Of a stretch of 24,000 nucleotides of DNA, positions 1-8,369 are shown piece by piece. The stretch is taken from contig CAWIHS010000001.1 in assembly GCA_963836005.1 (NCBI GenBank), forward strand, positions 570,866 to 594,865, written 5' to 3'. Below the pieces are notes generated by a model that had not been told where the DNA came from, ran no database searches, and saw only the letters and a program-made list of their open reading frames with translations. Source of the DNA: an uncultured Gammaproteobacteria bacterium. Lineage in GTDB: Bacteria; Pseudomonadota; Gammaproteobacteria; GRL18. The position numbers were made by a program, and so were the translations under genes. How positions within the stretch are numbered: the first letter of the stretch is position 1; the number at the start of each line of letters is the position of its first letter.

Positions 1-1386
1 ATGGCAAACATACCTGAACTGAATATACTTTCTGTATCGGAATTCACCCGAAATGTTAAGAACATGCTGGAAAGCAATTTCCCTGCCGTGTGGGTGTCCG
101 GTGAAATTTCCAATCTGGCCATGCCTGGCTCAGGGCACTGGTATTTCACACTTAAGGATGAACAAAGCCAGGTTCGCTGCGCCATGTTTCGGCAACATAA
201 TCGACGGGTACTTTTTCTGCCTCAGGAAGGCAGCCAGATCCTGGTGAAAGCACGTGTCAGTCTGTATGAAGCTCGGGGAGATTTTCAGCTCATAGTAGAG
301 CAAATGGAAGATGCAGGAGAAGGAGCGCTGAAACGCGCCTATGAAAAACTCAAACAAAAACTTTATGCCCGGGGGTTATTTGCCCTGGAACATAAACGCC
401 CCCTGCCTGAGCATCCCCGCCGCATTGCGGTTATCACTTCTCCTACAGGTGCAGCTGTAAAAGATATCCTAAATGTGCTGAAGCGCCGCTTCCCTGCCCT
501 GCCGGTTATCATTTATCCCAGCAAGGTTCAGGGTGAGACCGCTGCAGGAGAGCTGATCAAGGCACTGGAACTGGTACAAAAACAGGCCTTGTGTGATGTA
601 ATTATTATCGGCCGAGGCGGCGGTTCTATTGAGGATCTCTGGGCATTTAACAATGAACAGCTGGCACAGACCATTTTTGACTGTTCACTGCCGGTTATTT
701 GTGCCGTCGGTCATGAAGTTGACTTTACTATTTGTGACTTTGTGGCGGATGTCAGAGCCGCCACACCCTCTGCCGCAGCTGAACTGGTAAGTCCTGATCA
801 GCAGGAATGGCTTAGTTGGCTTGCGGGTATGGAAAACAGGTTTTGCGGCTTGATTCAGCAACAGCTTAAACTTAATCAGCACAAGCTTGCAGAGTTGCAA
901 AAACGCCTCAAACACCCTGGACGCTACCTGGATGAAGTCTCTCAGCGTGTTGATGAACTCTCTCAACGCATGGAACAGCAACTGGGCCTGCAGTTAAAAC
1001 TGCGTCAGGAAAAATTGCTCACACTCAGTGCCCGGCTTAAACAATATTCCCCTGTACACCCGCTGCAGCATCAGCTTGAGAAGATCGAACATTTACACTT
1101 GCGGCTGCAGCAAAGTATGCACAACCAACTGCAGCGCAACCAGCAACAGCTTAACTCGCTGGCCAGAGAACTGGACGCGTTCAGCCCCCTGGCAACGTTG
1201 GGAAGAGGCTATTGCCTGGTAAAAAATGAACAGCACCGGCTGACTAAATCTGCTGCCCAACTCTCCCCCGGTGAACAGGTCAGGATCTGCTTTGCCACCG
1301 ATCATGCTATTGCCCGTATTGAAAAAGTATCAGTAGAAAGTTGTCAATTAGCTAAAACGGAACCTTTTAACAAAAATGATCTATAA
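1..1386 (+). CDS. xseA: Exodeoxyribonuclease VII large subunit
   Basis: 461-aa ORF. The N-terminal OB-fold-like segment reads VWVSGEISN..GHWYFTLKD. The core carries IAVITSPTGAA, GRGGGSIEDLWAFN and VGHEVDFT. A long Q/L-rich coiled-coil tail follows. This is the standard XseA layout. Confidence 0.93.
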   Translation: MANIPELNILSVSEFTRNVKNMLESNFPAVWVSGEISNLAMPGSGHWYFTLKDEQSQVRCAMFRQHNRRVLFLPQEGSQILVKARVSLYEARGDFQLIVEQMEDAGEGALKRAYEKLKQKLYARGLFALEHKRPLPEHPRRIAVITSPTGAAVKDILNVLKRRFPALPVIIYPSKVQGETAAGELIKALELVQKQALCDVIIIGRGGGSIEDLWAFNNEQLAQTIFDCSLPVICAVGHEVDFTICDFVADVRAATPSAAAELVSPDQQEWLSWLAGMENRFCGLIQQQLKLNQHKLAELQKRLKHPGRYLDEVSQRVDELSQRMEQQLGLQLKLRQEKLLTLSARLKQYSPVHPLQHQLEKIEHLHLRLQQSMHNQLQRNQQQLNSLARELDAFSPLATLGRGYCLVKNEQHRLTKSAAQLSPGEQVRICFATDHAIARIEKVSVESCQLAKTEPFNKNDL

Positions 1387-1539
1387 CTATATTTATTTTC
1401 TAATATACTAATTTTTGCATAAGCCTTGCCCTGTCTTAACTTGCAGCAAAACATCAAATTTTGCGCATATTTATTTGCAGATTTTTATAAAAAAAGCCTT
1501 GATCTCCCTGAGATAAAATCATAGGATTTAATCACTCAA

Positions 1540-1555
1540 ACACAATATCTTGTGT
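1540..1555. promoter_or_regulatory. Candidate NrdR box (acacaatatcttgtgt) about 100 bp upstream of nrdJ
   Basis: The 16-mer matches the published NrdR-box consensus (acaCwAtATaTwGtgt) at nearly every position and sits in the leader of a ribonucleotide reductase operon. I could not find a convincing second box at the usual spacing of about 31 bp. Confidence 0.55.
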
Positions 1556-1654
1556 TAAACAGAATAATTTATACCAAAAAAACACAAGACAGATAATTCC
1601 GCAATTGCATGTCTTTATCTGTGTTTTTAGCTATCTTTGACAGGGACAACCGCC

Positions 1655-3805
1655 ATGACTGCACAACTACATGCCATACCTAATACGGTAACTGAAATAA
1701 AATTTCAGGATGCCTCACTGGATATCTGGGACACCAAATACCGTTTAAAAACAAAAACTGGCGAAGCAATTGATAAAAGCATTGATGAAACCTACAAACG
1801 GGTTGCCAGGGCACTGGCTGAAGTTGAAACCGAGCAACAGAAGCAGGAACATTATTTTAAAGAATTTTTATGGGCTCTGCGCCAGGGCGTTATCCCGGCG
1901 GGACGAATTATTTCCAATGCAGGTGCTCAGGAACACAAACCGGCTACTTCAACGATAAATTGTACCGTATCCGGGTCAATTGCTGATTCCATGGATGATA
2001 TCCTGGGCAAGGTGCATGAAGCAGGACTGACGCTAAAAGCTGGCTGTGGAATTGGTTATGAGTTTTCTACCTTACGCCCGAAAGACGCCTATGTCTCCGG
2101 AGCAGGTGCCTATACCTCCGGGCCGCTTTCCTTTATGGATATCTATGACAAAATGTGCTTTACGGTTTCCAGTGCCGGCGGACGACGTGGTGCGCAGATG
2201 GCCACGTTTGATATTGGTCACCCTGATGTCATAGACTTTATTCGCGCCAAACGTGAAGACGGTCGTTTACGTCAATTTAACCTGTCTCTGCTCATCACTA
2301 CGGACTTTGTTGAAGCCGTCAAAAATGAAGCACCCTGGCCGTTGTCTTTCCCTATTACTGAGCAGGAACTCAAGCGTGACAAACTGGAGCTTAATGATGG
2401 TAAGCAGATCATCTGGCGTGATCTCCCCAATAAGCAGGGCTACATTGTCAATGATGATGGGCTGGTAGCCTGTAAAATCAGCAAAACCATACCTGCACGC
2501 CGCTTATGGGACATCATTATGGCCTCGACCTATGACTATGCAGAACCCGGGTTTATCCTCATCGATAAAGTCAATGAAATGAATAACAACTGGTTCTGTG
2601 AAAACATTCGTGCGACAAATCCCTGCGGTGAACAACCATTGCCTCCCTACGGCAGCTGTCTGCTGGGTTCTATTAACCTGACCCGATTTGTCAACAAGCC
2701 ATTTAGCCATGACGCCAGCTTTGACTGGGATACCTATCGAAAAACTATTAATATCTTTACCCGCATGCTGGACAATGTCGTTGAGATCAATGGTTTGCCC
2801 CTCCCTCAGCAGCGTGAAGAAATCATGACCAAACGGCGTCACGGCATGGGTTACCTGGGACTGGGTTCCACACTGACCATGCTGGGTATGAAATACGGTG
2901 ATGAAAATTCCCTCGTATTTACCGAAGAAGTGACCAAAGTATTAGCCCTGGAAGGCTGGAAGGCCGGACTGGAACTGGCCAGGGAAAAAGGTCCGGCCCC
3001 TATTATGGAGAAAATCTTCATAGTCACGGGAGAAATGCTGCACAAGCGGCCGGAAATGATTGACGACGGTTATAAAATCGGTGACGAAATCAGCGGTAAA
3101 ATCCTGCATAGTAAATACAGCCGTTATATGCAGCAAATAGCTGATATTGATCCTGAACTGGCCACTGAACTGGCAAAAACCGGTGCGAGATTCACACATC
3201 ACAGTTCCATTGCTCCAACAGGGACTATATCCCTGTCATTAGCCAACAATGCCAGCAATGGCATAGAACCCAGCTTTGCACACCATTATTCACGCAATGT
3301 GATCCGTGAAGGCAAAAAATCCAAAGAGAAGGTCGATGTATTCTCTTTTGAATTACTCGCTTATCGCGAACTGATCAATACAAAAGCCATGCCCTACTCT
3401 GATGCTCCGCAAGAGCAACTGCCTGAATACTTCATTACATCTGACAGTATCAGCCCCAAACAGCATGTTGATGTTCAGGCGGCCGCGCAGAAATGGATTG
3501 ATTCTTCTATATCCAAAACTGCCAATGTACCGACAGATTATCCCTATGAAGAGTTCAAGTCCATTTATGAATATGCTTATGACATGGGACTGAAAGGCTG
3601 CACCACTTTTCGCTTCAATCCTGAAGCTTTTCAGGGCGTGCTGGTCAAGGAATCGGATCTGGAAAATACCACCTATCAATTTACCCTGGATGATGGAGAA
3701 ACCATTGAAGTCAAAGGCAACCAGGAAATTGAATATGACGGTGAAATGCATACCGCTGCCAACCTCTTTGACGCATTAAAAGAAGGTTACTATGGCAAGT
3801 TTTAG
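1655..3805 (+). CDS. nrdJ: Class II (adenosylcobalamin-dependent) ribonucleotide reductase, large polypeptide NrdJa
   Basis: The ORF contains the RNR active-site finger TNPCGEQPLPPYGSCLLGSINL and other class II core blocks (AGRIISNAG, GCGIGYEFSTLRP, GGRRGAQMA). The track ORF opens at TTG 1637. ATG 1655, preceded by aggga, is the more plausible start. Confidence 0.93.
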   Translation: MTAQLHAIPNTVTEIKFQDASLDIWDTKYRLKTKTGEAIDKSIDETYKRVARALAEVETEQQKQEHYFKEFLWALRQGVIPAGRIISNAGAQEHKPATSTINCTVSGSIADSMDDILGKVHEAGLTLKAGCGIGYEFSTLRPKDAYVSGAGAYTSGPLSFMDIYDKMCFTVSSAGGRRGAQMATFDIGHPDVIDFIRAKREDGRLRQFNLSLLITTDFVEAVKNEAPWPLSFPITEQELKRDKLELNDGKQIIWRDLPNKQGYIVNDDGLVACKISKTIPARRLWDIIMASTYDYAEPGFILIDKVNEMNNNWFCENIRATNPCGEQPLPPYGSCLLGSINLTRFVNKPFSHDASFDWDTYRKTINIFTRMLDNVVEINGLPLPQQREEIMTKRRHGMGYLGLGSTLTMLGMKYGDENSLVFTEEVTKVLALEGWKAGLELAREKGPAPIMEKIFIVTGEMLHKRPEMIDDGYKIGDEISGKILHSKYSRYMQQIADIDPELATELAKTGARFTHHSSIAPTGTISLSLANNASNGIEPSFAHHYSRNVIREGKKSKEKVDVFSFELLAYRELINTKAMPYSDAPQEQLPEYFITSDSISPKQHVDVQAAAQKWIDSSISKTANVPTDYPYEEFKSIYEYAYDMGLKGCTTFRFNPEAFQGVLVKESDLENTTYQFTLDDGETIEVKGNQEIEYDGEMHTAANLFDALKEGYYGKF

Positions 3806-3876
3806 TCAGCAAAGTCAACGACTAACTTTATATGTCATGTTTACAGCCATAAATCCACAGCTTTAGAGAGTCCAGG

Positions 3877-4584
3877 ATGATGAATACAATGCTTAAAATA
3901 GATAAAAAAATTGTCAATTACAAAGTGGTAAAAGACGAAGCCGCTGCAGCAGAGATCAGCGATAAAAAAGCTGAAACAAACACTGATTTTGACAGTATGC
4001 ACGAAAATCTACAGCGTCCTGAAATGCTGTTCGGTTCAACTTACAAAATCAAGACACCGCAGTCAGAACATGCCCTGTATATTACCATTAATGACATGAT
4101 CCTGAATATGGGTACCGAACATGAAGAACGCCGCCCTTACGAGGTGTTTATCAATTCCAAGAATATGGAACATTTTCAATGGGTGCTGGCTCTGACCCGA
4201 GTTATTTCTGCCGTCTTTCGTAAAGGCGGGGACGTTTGTTTTCTGGTGGAAGAGCTTAAAGCCGTATTTGACCCCAAAGGCGGCTACTTTAAAAAAGGCG
4301 GCGTTTTTATGCCTTCTCTGGTGGCCGAAATCGGCTGTGCCATTGAATCACATATGAAATTCATCGGCATGCTCAAGGATAGTGAACTGGACGAACATCA
4401 GAAAAAACTGATTGAAGCCAAGCGCAAGGAATTCGAGCAAAAACATCAGCCAGAAAACGCTGAGGACAACGAAAATGATTTTCCAGCCAAGGCCCAGCTC
4501 TGCATTAAGTGCCAGACCAAAGCTCTGGTACTTATGGATGGCTGTATGACCTGCCTCAACTGCGGCGACAGTAAGTGCGGTTGA
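3877..4584 (+). CDS. nrdJ: Class II ribonucleotide reductase C-terminal polypeptide NrdJb (TSCPD-type domain plus Cys-rich tail)
   Basis: 235-aa ORF located 71 bp after nrdJa. The block YKIKTP..ALYITIND....PYEVFINSKN..HFQWV.ALTRVISAVFRKGGD matches the C-terminal domain of full-length class II RNRs. The tail is CIKCQ...CMTCLNCGDSKCG. The split nrdJa/nrdJb arrangement is known from Pseudomonas aeruginosa. Confidence 0.85.
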   Translation: MMNTMLKIDKKIVNYKVVKDEAAAAEISDKKAETNTDFDSMHENLQRPEMLFGSTYKIKTPQSEHALYITINDMILNMGTEHEERRPYEVFINSKNMEHFQWVLALTRVISAVFRKGGDVCFLVEELKAVFDPKGGYFKKGGVFMPSLVAEIGCAIESHMKFIGMLKDSELDEHQKKLIEAKRKEFEQKHQPENAEDNENDFPAKAQLCIKCQTKALVLMDGCMTCLNCGDSKCG

Positions 4585-4609
4585 TATAAGTTCTTTGTGT
4601 GCGTTTGCC

Positions 4610-4666
4610 CATAAAGCGCGACTCAGCCACCATAAGTCGCGACTTTGTCCATCATAAGTCGCGACT
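4610..4666. repeat. Three direct copies of cataa(a)g(t)cgcgact at 21-22 bp spacing; the middle copy contains the perfect 12-bp palindrome aagtcgcgactt
   Basis: Read directly: 4610-4623 cataaagcgcgact, 4631-4644 cataagtcgcgact, 4653-4666 cataagtcgcgact. The palindrome spans 4634-4645. Confidence 0.8.
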
Positions 4667-4783
4667 ATTTTTCTTTTTAATCTTTCTAATACTTAAAATA
4701 CCAATATTCATTAAAGTAAGAGCTGTATTTATAATTACCTGTAAACTTGCTGAGTTGGGGAGTACCTCCACTTAGCCTGTCAA

Positions 4784-4828
4784 TCAGCGTCTAAAATTGA
4801 TCAGGTTTCAGCGTCCAATATTGACCAG
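4784..4828. repeat. Tandem direct repeat with a 24-bp period (tcagcgtctaaaattgatcag / tcagcgtccaatattgaccag)
   Basis: Read directly. The units start at 4784 and 4808, and 18 of the first 21 positions are identical. Confidence 0.7.
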
Positions 4829-5369
4829 TACAGCCATTTCCAATTATTTAAAATAGGATACAAGAAGATTTTCTAATCTGGCAGCAGTCGACCCACTTCT
4901 GTCTTTTAGAAGATGCTAATATTCTATGTGAATTAAAAAAAGCAGACCCCCTTTGTTTTCTAACTTTACAGTAATTTTCTGAATTTAAGAGTAGGAACTT
5001 TCTTGCCCAAAAACAGGGGGAATTCGGCCAAAACAGTATATTTTCAGTCCTTTAACTCACTTTTTTTGAATTTTTCATCCATGTTTTACCTGCTCTGAAG
5101 CATCAAAATTCTGCAATTCATTGTTGCTTATAGATTGAAAAGTGTCATTGAATTGCCTATCTTTATAACAGCCGTCCTCAATGTCAAAATTGCACATGAG
5201 CATCTGACTCGTGTAGGAATCGAAGCTCCAGATGGTGAGAAGATGAACGAGATTGCCGAATGATACGTTGTTAATCCCATTGACATATTCAAGGTGATCT
5301 TGAACGATGGATTCGAGTTTTGACCAAAAATGAAAGGCCTATTTGACCTTGTAGACACTGGACTGAACT

Positions 5370-8042
5370 GTGACCGAGACCAATTACATCATCGACATTC
5401 TCATTCTGCTTACAGCGGCCGTCATTGCGGTGCCTCTGTTTCATAGACTCGGACTTGGTGGGGTGCTGGGTTTTCTGGTCGCCGGTACTCTGGTGGGGCC
5501 CTGGGGGCTGGGTTTAATCGCCGCCGTGGACGAGATACGACACCTCGCGGAGTTTGGTGTCGTCTTCCTGCTGTTTATCATCGGCATCGAGTTGAAACCG
5601 TCACGCCTGTGGGTCATGAGGCGCAGCGTGTTTGGTCTCGGCACCGCTCAGGTGCTCACCACAGGTACAGCCATCACCCTGGTGGCCTTGGCGCTAGGGA
5701 TTCCGACGCATTCCGCCCTGGTTGTGGGCTTCGGACTGGCACTCTCATCGACCGCCTTCGGTCTGCAGGTACTCGCCGACAGAGGTGAGCTCGGCACAGC
5801 CTACGGCCGTTCTGCTTTTGCCATTCTGCTCCTGCAAGATCTAGCCATCGTACCCCTGATTGCATTGCTACCGATGCTAGCGAAGCAGGATATGACCATC
5901 ACCCAGGACGTGGAACTTGCCGCGTTGGAATCGGTGCTGATAATTGTCGGGGTCTTCATTCTGGGTCGCATCCTCCTGCAGCCCATACTCCAACTCGTCG
6001 CCGGAAACCGGCGGAATCCCGAGATATTTACCGCCACTGGAATTCTGTTGGTGGTTGGTGCCGCATGGCTCACGGAGTGGGCCGGCCTGTCCATGGCCCT
6101 CGGAGCTTTTCTCGGCGGCCTGCTATTGGCAGATTCCCGCTACCGCCATCAAATCATGGCCGACATCCAGCCTTTCCGTGGTTTGCTGCTCGGGCTGTTC
6201 TTCATGAGTGTGGGCATGTCCATCAATTTTGGTCTCCTCGGTCAACAGGGCTTCCTGATGGCTGGACTGGTTGGTGGCCTGTTGCTTCTTAAAGCAGCAT
6301 TCCTGTGGGTGTTATGCAGGATTACGGGACGCTCTCATTCTGAATCCGTGCATGTCGCATTGCTGCTCGCCCAGGCAGGGGAATTCGGCTTTATCCTATT
6401 CGGGCTGGCCAACATGCTCGGTGTGATGGACGGGGAACTCTACCAACTGTTGCTGCTCACCATCGCCCTGAGCATGGCGGCTACGCCCCTGTTGGTGAAA
6501 TTGAGCCCATGGCTTGGTCGGGCTATTGCGAGTAAGCCTCCGGCTGCCACCCCCACGACCAAGCCTATCCCTGCTTCGCGCAACCATATCATCATCGCAG
6601 GCTTCGGTCGGTTCGGGAATTATCTGGCTCGCAATCTGTCCAGGGCTGGCGTTCCCTATCTGGTGCTGGAGGTCAATCCAGTACGGGTATCCAGGGCCCA
6701 GGCTCTGGATTATCCGGTATTCTATGGGGATGCCAGTCGCATCGAGGTACTACGCTCTGCAGGTGCGGCCAACGCCTCGATGGTAGTCTTTGCCATGGAT
6801 CACATGGAGAGCATCGGACAGGCGGTGGTCACAGTGCGTGAAGCCTTTCCCGAGCTGCCTGTGTATGCCCGCGCATGGGATGTCAGAATGGCCCAGAGGC
6901 TGCTCTCCCTGGGTGTCACTTACGCAATTCCCGAGACTATGGCGACCAGTTTACAGCTCGCCCGTGACGTATTGCGTGCATCGGGGATCTCTTCGGAAGT
7001 TACGGCACGACTCGTCGACGAGAACCACGGTGGGGAATGGCACAAAATTGCAAAGCCCGCAACAGTCGACAAGAAAACGGGCTACAAGGACATTCTTCTG
7101 GTTCTGACGCCGGGCGTCGACGAGACGGCCATCTTGGGTTATGCATCCGCCCTGGCAGAAGATAATCAGGCAGCCCTAACGGTGGTAGAAGTACTTACAG
7201 AGTCCTCAACCGATGCCGAGCAGGGGGTGTCTTCCCCGGACGAACTGGAAGAACAGATGATGGATAACCGACGCAGACGGCTCGAGGAACTGGTGGTCCG
7301 GTTGTACGTTGGCCTTAATGTTCAGACCAAGGTGCTCGTCGGCAAGCCCCATGAGGAAATTACCCGGGAAGTCATCTCCAATAGCCGGGATCTGGTGCTG
7401 AAGGCAGTGGAAGGTGGGCACGGACTGAGACAACGCCTTTTCGGTGACAACGACTCGCGTTTGTTAAAAACCTGCCCCTGCCCGGTTTTGCTTGTCCGGT
7501 CTATACCCCCCAAACCCTACCGTCATCGCTGTATCTGTGCTGGTGTTTATCAAGACGAAAACCCGGGTGGTCATCGGGACGACAGGTACGCCATAAACCG
7601 CAAAATCCTGGAACATGCGACTTGGCTGGCAACCGCCCAATTTGCCGAACTTCACATTATTCACGCATGGGAAGCCTATGGAGAGCAGTACCTGCGAAGT
7701 GGACATTCACCTTTACATTTTGACGCAAACAACTATGTTGAACGTGAGCAAAAAAGAAATAAGGAAGCATTAAATATGTGTCTTTCCGAATTGCGTGATT
7801 CAATGGCGAGCGATATGCTACCCGCATTCAACCCGGTGTGTCATATGGCAAAAGGGAACCATCGGGATGAAATTGTCCGGCTCGCTGACAGCATGGAAGC
7901 GGACCTGGTCGTCGTAGGCGACTTGGTACACTCGGGAATCACCAGTTTGATCGTTGAAAGCACCGCTATGACCATCAGCAAACACCTGAACTGCTCCGTG
8001 CTCTTCATAAAGCCACAGGAGTTTGTCATCCCCGTCTATTAG
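5370..8042 (+). CDS. Kef-type (CPA2) cation/proton antiporter fused to a TrkA-N/RCK domain and two universal stress protein (Usp) domains
   Basis: 890-aa ORF with a GTG start. About 390 aa of polytopic membrane domain resemble KefB/KefC (GFLVAGTLVGPWGLG, ELGTAYGRSAFAILLLQDLAIVPL, LLLAQAGEFGF). A Rossmann segment follows (IIIAGFGRFGNYLARNL..VLEV). Two Usp-like modules come next, the last ending in ADLVVVGD...SVLFIKP. G+C is visibly higher than in the neighbours. Confidence 0.85.
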   Translation: MTETNYIIDILILLTAAVIAVPLFHRLGLGGVLGFLVAGTLVGPWGLGLIAAVDEIRHLAEFGVVFLLFIIGIELKPSRLWVMRRSVFGLGTAQVLTTGTAITLVALALGIPTHSALVVGFGLALSSTAFGLQVLADRGELGTAYGRSAFAILLLQDLAIVPLIALLPMLAKQDMTITQDVELAALESVLIIVGVFILGRILLQPILQLVAGNRRNPEIFTATGILLVVGAAWLTEWAGLSMALGAFLGGLLLADSRYRHQIMADIQPFRGLLLGLFFMSVGMSINFGLLGQQGFLMAGLVGGLLLLKAAFLWVLCRITGRSHSESVHVALLLAQAGEFGFILFGLANMLGVMDGELYQLLLLTIALSMAATPLLVKLSPWLGRAIASKPPAATPTTKPIPASRNHIIIAGFGRFGNYLARNLSRAGVPYLVLEVNPVRVSRAQALDYPVFYGDASRIEVLRSAGAANASMVVFAMDHMESIGQAVVTVREAFPELPVYARAWDVRMAQRLLSLGVTYAIPETMATSLQLARDVLRASGISSEVTARLVDENHGGEWHKIAKPATVDKKTGYKDILLVLTPGVDETAILGYASALAEDNQAALTVVEVLTESSTDAEQGVSSPDELEEQMMDNRRRRLEELVVRLYVGLNVQTKVLVGKPHEEITREVISNSRDLVLKAVEGGHGLRQRLFGDNDSRLLKTCPCPVLLVRSIPPKPYRHRCICAGVYQDENPGGHRDDRYAINRKILEHATWLATAQFAELHIIHAWEAYGEQYLRSGHSPLHFDANNYVEREQKRNKEALNMCLSELRDSMASDMLPAFNPVCHMAKGNHRDEIVRLADSMEADLVVVGDLVHSGITSLIVESTAMTISKHLNCSVLFIKPQEFVIPVY

Positions 8043-8193
8043 GCGAAAATTAACTTGACCGGTTCGTATTGCCTCATATAAAAATCAAACTACTTAAAAT
8101 TTCGCTAGACCTCTTTCGTATAAAATTTATTTATTACATCCATTTTATAATGGTTATAGTCCTCATCAATGTCTAGACCAATTGTACAAAATA

Positions 8194-8367
8194 GTAACTA
8201 CTCAGCGTATCTGGAATAACTCACTAAGTGCTTGATATCAGGTATTCATTCCAGAAGACGCCGTAAATACATCCATGTAGGCTTGAATGTGGCATCCATG
8301 CCACATACACTTCTTCCACAAATACCTGATATCAAGCACGATCTTATAAGATACGCTGAGTAGTTAC
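8194..8367. mobile_element. 174-bp MITE-like hairpin element, copy A
   Basis: The 19-bp terminal inverted repeats are perfect: gtaactactcagcgtatct (8194-8212) and agatacgctgagtagttac (8349-8367). A second perfect 19-bp inverted pair lies inside: gtgcttgatatcaggtatt (8228-8246) and aatacctgatatcaagcac (8321-8339). There is no ORF. Related ends recur at 16935-16994 and 20897-21262. Confidence 0.75.
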
Positions 8368-8369
8368 CA

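Noticed and set aside
1387-1654. A cobalamin riboswitch in the nrdJ leader
   Set aside because: No B12-box-like core is visible. B12 riboswitches normally repress B12-independent isozymes rather than the B12-dependent nrdJ. The NrdR box explains the leader better.
4690-4699. tacttaaaat at 4690-4699 and again at 8091-8100 as direct-repeat att sites bracketing the GC-rich gene
   Set aside because: Only 10 nt match and the sequence is AT-rich low complexity in AT-rich spacers. No integrase is present. It is suggestive but not supportable without comparison to an empty site.
4610-4828. The short repeat arrays as a CRISPR array
   Set aside because: There are only two or three units. The spacers are 7-8 nt or absent, the repeats are 14-24 nt, and there are no cas genes. 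This is inconsistent with CRISPR.
5128-5358. A 76-aa minus-strand ORF just upstream of the Kef gene, and a plus-strand protein-like reading (..IELPIFITAVLNVKIAHEHLTRVGIEAPDGEKMNEIAE stop YVVNPIDIFKVILNDGFEF stop)
   Set aside because: The minus-strand ORF is Ser/Thr/Arg-rich with no RBS and looks spurious. The plus-strand reading has no ATG start and two in-frame stops. It might be a gene remnant, but I cannot name a family, so I did not call it.
5441-7706. About fourteen ORFs of 60-105 aa in alternative frames and on the opposite strand of the Kef-Usp gene
   Set aside because: They are Arg/Pro/Ser/Gly-rich and lie wholly inside a well-supported 890-aa gene. Such open frames are expected in GC-rich DNA, so I treat them as frame shadows rather than genes.
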